Part shown: piece after piece, positions 59,547-64,000 of the stretch
How positions within the stretch are numbered: the first letter of the stretch is position 1
Layout of the letters: each line of letters starts with the position of its first letter
Source of the DNA: an uncultured Acidobacteriota bacterium
GTDB lineage: Bacteria; Acidobacteriota; Terriglobia; Terriglobales; Acidobacteriaceae
Direction of reading: 5' to 3'
DNA: 64,000 bases
NCBI GenBank assembly: GCA_963786435.1
Contig: CAWAZK010000001.1
Coordinates: 16,021-80,020, forward strand
Notes under the pieces: generated by a model
What the model saw: the letters and a program-made list of their open reading frames with translations, nothing else
Databases searched by the model: none
Told to the model about the DNA's origin: nothing
Position numbers and translations under genes: made by a program

Positions 59547-60596
59547 GTGAACGGACAAATGACGGCAGCAATCCTCTACGGCAAAGAGGACGTAAAGATC
59601 GAGCGGGTACCGATTCCAGAGTTGGAGAACGGTGAGGTACTGATTCGCGTTCAGGCCGCGTTGACCTGCGGCACCGATCTTAAGGTGTATCGCCGCGGCT
59701 ACCATGCCAAGATGATCGTTCCACCGGCGCTGTTCGGCCATGAGTTTGCGGGAGTGATCGAGAAGGTTGGCCCGGAGGTCAAGAACTTCAAGGTGGGGCA
59801 GCGCGTGGTCGCGCTCAACTCGGCTCCCTGCGGACAGTGCTTCTTCTGCAAGAAACATCAGGAGAATCTGTGCGAGAACCTGCTGTTCAACAACGGCGCT
59901 TATGCGGAGTTCATTCGCATCCCGCGTCGCATTGTTGAAAACAATATGCTGGTGGTGCCCAAGGAGATCAGCTTTGAAACCGCAGCACTCACTGAGCCTC
60001 TGGCATGCGTGCTGCGCGGGTTGCATGAAACCGGGGTGAAGATCGGTGAGACGGTTACGGTGATCGGAGCCGGACCCATCGGCCTGATGTTTATGCAGGT
60101 GGCCGCTATCATGGGCTGCGACGTAATCGCAGTTGTGAAACACGATGAGCAGGTTCTCACGGCGAAGCACGCCGGAGCCAAGAAGGTAGTGGTGTTTCCC
60201 AAGGTAGCCGATCCGATTGAGGCAGTGCGCGATCTGACTCCGGAGCGCCGCGGTTCCGACGTAGTGATTGAAGCCGTCGGCCGTCCCGAAGCCTGGGAGT
60301 GGGCGATCGACATGGTGCGCAAGGGCGGAACAGTCAACCTGTTCGGCGGATGCGCCAAGGGAACGCGGGTGCAATTGAATACCGAGCGCCTGCACTACTC
60401 GGAGATTACACTGAAGGCTACATTCCATCACACTCCCGATACGGTGCGCCGTGCCTTCGCACTGATTGCCGAGCGCAAAATCAAAAGTGCGGACTACATC
60501 ACTGGGGAAGCACCTCTCTCCAAACTGCAATCCGTGTTGCGGGAAATGCTGACACGCGGCGGCGAGATCAAAACCGCCATCATTCCTGGACACTGA
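59547..60596 (+). CDS. Zinc-dependent medium-chain alcohol dehydrogenase (intact paralogue)
   Basis: 349 aa with CGTDLKVY, GHEFAGVI, CGQCFFCKKHQENLC and the Rossmann motif VIGAGPIGLM. A GTG start lies 7 nt after GGAAGGA. Confidence 0.9.
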   Translation: MNGQMTAAILYGKEDVKIERVPIPELENGEVLIRVQAALTCGTDLKVYRRGYHAKMIVPPALFGHEFAGVIEKVGPEVKNFKVGQRVVALNSAPCGQCFFCKKHQENLCENLLFNNGAYAEFIRIPRRIVENNMLVVPKEISFETAALTEPLACVLRGLHETGVKIGETVTVIGAGPIGLMFMQVAAIMGCDVIAVVKHDEQVLTAKHAGAKKVVVFPKVADPIEAVRDLTPERRGSDVVIEAVGRPEAWEWAIDMVRKGGTVNLFGGCAKGTRVQLNTERLHYSEITLKATFHHTPDTVRRAFALIAERKIKSADYITGEAPLSKLQSVLREMLTRGGEIKTAIIPGH

Positions 60597-60609
60597 TAAG
60601 GAAAGACGA

Positions 60610-61631
60610 TTGACGTCATTTGTGCCCAGCACTCATTCAAACGGCGCCGGTTCATCCGGCGCGAATCAAAATTCCAGCGACATCGAAACTCTGCTGGCTC
60701 GCGGATGGGCAAGCCTGCCGCCGGAGTACGCCATTCCTGCGGTTGCGCCCTCGCTGGATGAGGCGCGCAATTACTGCCGGAGGCTGGCTACTTCGCATTA
60801 CGAGAATTTTTCGGTTGCGACCTGGTTTTTGCCCAAGCGTCTGCATCAGCATTTCTTCAATGTTTATGCTTATTGCCGCATCTCCGACGATTTAGGTGAT
60901 GAGGTTGGAGATACCCGCGTCTCGCTCGCGTTGCTTGACCGCTGGGAGCAGGAGCTAAACGCCACCTACAGCGCGCTTGAAGGGACTGCTGCAGGCGCGA
61001 CGGCATCCCGTCTTCGTCGCGCTAGCCGAGACGATTCGGAGTTGCGCGATTCCCAGGCATGAGTTCAGCGATCTGCTCATGGCATTCCGTCAGGATCAGG
61101 CGGTCACGCGCTATGAAACATTCGACGAACTGCTTGGCTACTGCAGAAATTCTGCGAACCCCGTCGGCCACCTCGTGCTCTATCTCTGCGGATACAGGGA
61201 TGAGGAACGGCAGCAGCTGTCTGACTTCACCTGCACGGCCCTGCAACTGGCAAATTTCTGGCAGGACGTTTCGGTGGACTGGAAGAAGGGACGCGTCTAT
61301 CTGCCGCTCGAAGATCTTCGCCGCTTCGGCGTGAGTGAAGCTCAGATTGCTGAGGGCTGTTTCAACAGTCAGTTCCGCGAACTTGATGCGCTTCGAGGTG
61401 GAGCGGGCGCGTCAGTGGTTCGAGCGCGGACTTCCCTTGGTGAAGATGGTGAACCGCTCGCTTGCGCTGGATCTCGAACTGTTCAGCCGGGGAGGGTTGG
61501 CGATTCTTCAGGCGATCGAAAAGCAGGATTTCAACGTATTGGCGCGACGCCCCAGTTTAAGCCGCTTCCGTAAGGTTGAGTTGGTCTTCCGCGCGCTGGC
61601 CGGCCGGATCGCATTAGGAAGAGTGGGATGA
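60610..61631 (+). pseudogene. hpnC: Hydroxysqualene synthase (squalene synthase-like HpnC) with two +1 frame disruptions (60970-61003 and about 61385)
   Basis: SHYENFSVATWFLPKRLHQHFFNVYAYCRISDDLGDE in frame 1; HPVFVALAETIRSCAIPRHEFSDLLMAFRQDQ...LQLANFWQDVSVDWKKGRVYLP in frame 2; MRFEVERARQWF...LELFSRGGLAIL in frame 3. Confidence 0.85.
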
Positions 61632-62568
61632 GCGACACTGGTATCAGCGACACCAAGAAACATGCCACGCTGCAACTGACCACAGCCTACAGCGTATGCC
61701 GCCATATTGCGCGCTCCTCGGCGAAGAATTTCTATTACGGTTTCATGTTGCTGCCTGCTCGAAAGCGCAATGCACTCAGCGCCGTTTACGCTTTCATGCG
61801 TCATGCTGACGATCTGAGCGATGATCCGGGCATGACGCTGCCAGAGCGGAGGATAAAGCTCAGCCGAGTTCATCGAGATCCTATCGGCGCTCGTTTGAAA
61901 GCGGTCGCACCGATGATCCGGTCTTCCTTGCACTGCGTGACTCCCAGCAGCGATACAGCATTCCGATGGAACTGCTTGAGCAACTGGTGGCAGGAACGGC
62001 GATGGACGTCTGCGAGGGTGGCGAGCAGAACGGTACCCCGCCGAACGATGCCCCGCGAGTGGTCTACACCAGTTTCGATGAGCTTTACAACTATTGCTAT
62101 CACGTCGCGTCGGTCGTGGGTCTGGTCTGCATTCGCATCTTCGGCTATCGCGACCCTGTTGCCGAGCAGTATGCCGAACACCTCGGCATCGCCTTCCAAC
62201 TCACCAATATTTTGCGCGATGTCAAAGAAGACGCAGCCATGGCTCGCGTTTATCTGCCGCAGGAAGATCTTGACCGCTTCGGCGTAAATCCTGCCGAGCT
62301 AGGCTCGGGTGTTCCCATGGAGAAGTTGCGTCCGCTGCTGGCGTTTGAGGCCGAGCGTGCGCGCGAGTACTATACTTTCGCCGACCGCCTGCTTCCTCTG
62401 ATTGATGAGGTCAGCCAGCCAGCGCTCTGGGCGATGGTGGAGATCTATCGTGGCATCCTCGACCGAATTGAGCTCAAGCAGTTTGATGTGTATTCCGAGC
62501 GCATGCGCCTCTCGCTGGGCGATAAACTGAAAATCCTGGCCAAAGGATTCGGGAAGAGACTATTGTGA
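61628..62568 (+). pseudogene. hpnD: Presqualene diphosphate synthase (HpnD) with probably two +1 frame disruptions (about 61862 and 61896)
   Basis: SAKNFYYGFMLLPARKRNALSAVYAFMRHADDLSDD in frame 1; AEFIEILSALV in the second; ESGRTDDPVFLALRDSQQRYSIPMELLEQLVAGTAMDV...YCYHVASVVG...FQLTNILRDVKEDAAMARVYLP in the third. The start overlaps the hpnC stop (ATGA). Confidence 0.85.
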
Positions 62569-64000
62569 GCGCCACGGTTGTACCGCGCGAAGCTGCACCG
62601 CGCGAAACAGAAGCGAAGCTTCCGAGTGTTGGCGTTATCGGTGGTGGGCTCGCCGGACTCTCAGCCGCCTGCGCACTGGCCGACGCCGGTTACAAGGTGA
62701 CGCTCTTTGAGCGCAGAGCATTTCTCGGTGGCCGTGCATCCTCCTATGAGCATCCCGGCACCGGCGAGGTAGTGGACAACTGCCAGCATGTGCTGCTGGG
62801 CTGTTGCACCAATCTGCTGAATCTTTATCACCGCCTCGGCGTCGAGGACAAAGTGCGCTGGTACAAGCGCATCACGTTCATCGAGCCCGGCGGCCGCTCC
62901 AGCTTCATCGAAGCATCGTCTCTACCCGCCCCCTTCCACTCCGCGCTTTCGTTTCTGCAATACAAGTTGCTTTCGCTGCGCGATAAGCTCGGCATCGCCC
63001 GGGCCTTGGCTGCGTTACTGGCCGGAGTGCCGGAAGACAGCAGCGAGGACTTCCTCTCCTGGCTGCGACGCAAAGGGCAAACGCAAGCTGCCATTGACCG
63101 GTTCTGGGCTCCGGTGCTCATCAGCAGTTTGAATGAAGACCTCGATAAGTCTTCGGTCAAGTATTCCGCGATGGTGTTCCGTGACGCTTTTCTCAAGTCC
63201 GCCGAGGCCGGAAAGATGGGCGTGCCGACGGCTCCGCTCTCAGAAATTTACGGAGTGGCCGAAGAATACATTCGCTGCACGAGGCGGCGAAGTTCTGTTG
63301 CGCAGCGGAGTCGATGCCGCGTCGTTTGGTGATGGCGTCAACGGCAACGTAACGCTGCGTTCCAATGATCGCGATTTCATCTTCGATTACGCGATCAGCG
63401 CGATACCGTTTCATGCGTCTCGGGCGCATCTTGCCGCAATCAGCGGCGAGTGAAGCACTGCAGCAGAAGGTAAGTCATCTCCGGACGGTGCCGATCACCG
63501 GAATCCACCTCTGGTTCGATCGCGAAGTGACAGAGCTGGAGCACGCTGCATTGCTGGATCGCAACATTCAGTGGATGTTTCAGAAATCGAAGATCCTCAC
63601 GAGTTCTGCCGCACATTCTGCAGACCAGTCCGCCAACGGCGGCGGCAGCTATCTGGAACTCGTGGTGAGTTCGTCGAGACACCTGCTGGAGATGGGCCGC
63701 GCGGAGATTATCGAACTCGCGATGAAAGAATTGGCAGAGTTCTTTCCCAGCCGCTCGCAATGCAAAGCTCGTGAAGGCGACCGTGATTAAAGAAGTTCAC
63801 GCGACCTTCGCGCCCGCACCTCTGAGCGAGGAATTCCGCCTTTGTCCTTCGACTCCCTGGCCGCGGCTATTTCTAAGTGGCGATTGGACTGCGACAGGTT
63901 GGCCTTCCACAATGGAAGGCGCGGTGCGCGCCGGCTATCTGACGGCAGAAGCTCTTTCCAAAGCTGCCGGAAATGCACAGCAATTCATCATTCCGGATCT
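62565..64000 (+). pseudogene. hpnE: FAD-dependent hydroxysqualene dehydroxylase (HpnE) with three +1 frame disruptions (about 63276, 63418, 63761); the 3' end lies outside the window
   Basis: A GTG start overlaps the hpnD stop (GTGA). GVIGGGLAGLSAACALADAGYKVTLFERRAFLGGRA is the dinucleotide-binding fold. Later segments ARGGEVLLRSGV..., LGRILPQ...ITGIHLWFDREV... and AKLVKATVIKEVHATFAP...LFLSGDWTATGWPSTMEGAVRAG each lie in the next frame. Confidence 0.85.

Noticed and set aside
59400-60632. 410-aa minus-strand ORF spanning the two alcohol dehydrogenase genes
   Set aside because: It is antisense to strongly conserved MDR dehydrogenase frames and has no recognisable domain, so it is a shadow ORF.
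52757-63761. Programmed ribosomal frameshifting or transcriptional slippage as an explanation for the 18 frame disruptions
   Set aside because: The junctions share no slippery heptamer or stimulatory structure. They occur in unrelated housekeeping and biosynthetic genes and are not at long homopolymers. Sequencing error or recent mutation is far more parsimonious.

Overview
This is a 64-kb, high-GC chromosomal segment. The gene content looks Acidobacteriota-like (carboxypeptidase-regulatory-domain TonB-dependent receptor, DUF4136, many ECF sigma factors, hopanoid genes), but that placement is inference only. I support about 55 protein-coding loci and saw no rRNA, tRNA, CRISPR array, transposase or integrase. 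From left to right:
- 1-5.5 kb: tail of a hybrid histidine kinase, a truncated pRiA4_ORF3-like remnant, katG, and a threonine aldolase.
- 5.5-14.1 kb, minus strand: Sfp-type PPTase, cytochrome P450, a stand-alone adenylation-PCP didomain, two GNAT/FemAB-fold proteins and a beta-propeller lipoprotein. An ECF sigma/anti-sigma pair lies directly upstream. This orphan carrier-protein cassette is my best candidate for an undescribed system.
- 16.4-21.3 kb: an ECF sigma fused to a ZAS-type Cys-rich domain, an ArsR regulator, an eroded molybdoenzyme/cytochrome b locus, then intact moeA and a rhodanese.
- 21.3-24.8 kb: an AT-richer, gene-poor patch.
- 24.8-32 kb: PilZ, YceI, TonB-dependent receptor-like, MscS-like and YncE-like genes.
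- 32-40.1 kb: an RND efflux operon (permease frameshifted) with a divergent OmpR/HK pair.
- 40.2-46 kb: DUF4136, degP-lepB, SDR, a phosphoesterase and a frameshifted nucleotidyltransferase.
- 46.1-51.4 kb: a complete tolQ-tolR-tolA-like-tolB-pal-cpoB cluster.
- 51.7-64 kb: recN, then ispH-shc-hpnA-hpnG-adh-adh-hpnC-hpnD-hpnE.

The last 11 kb needs 18 single-nucleotide frame corrections, 16 of them +1, to read genes that are otherwise well conserved. The preceding 52 kb needs only 3. All calls come from reading the ORF translations and the DNA by eye; no database search or computation was run.
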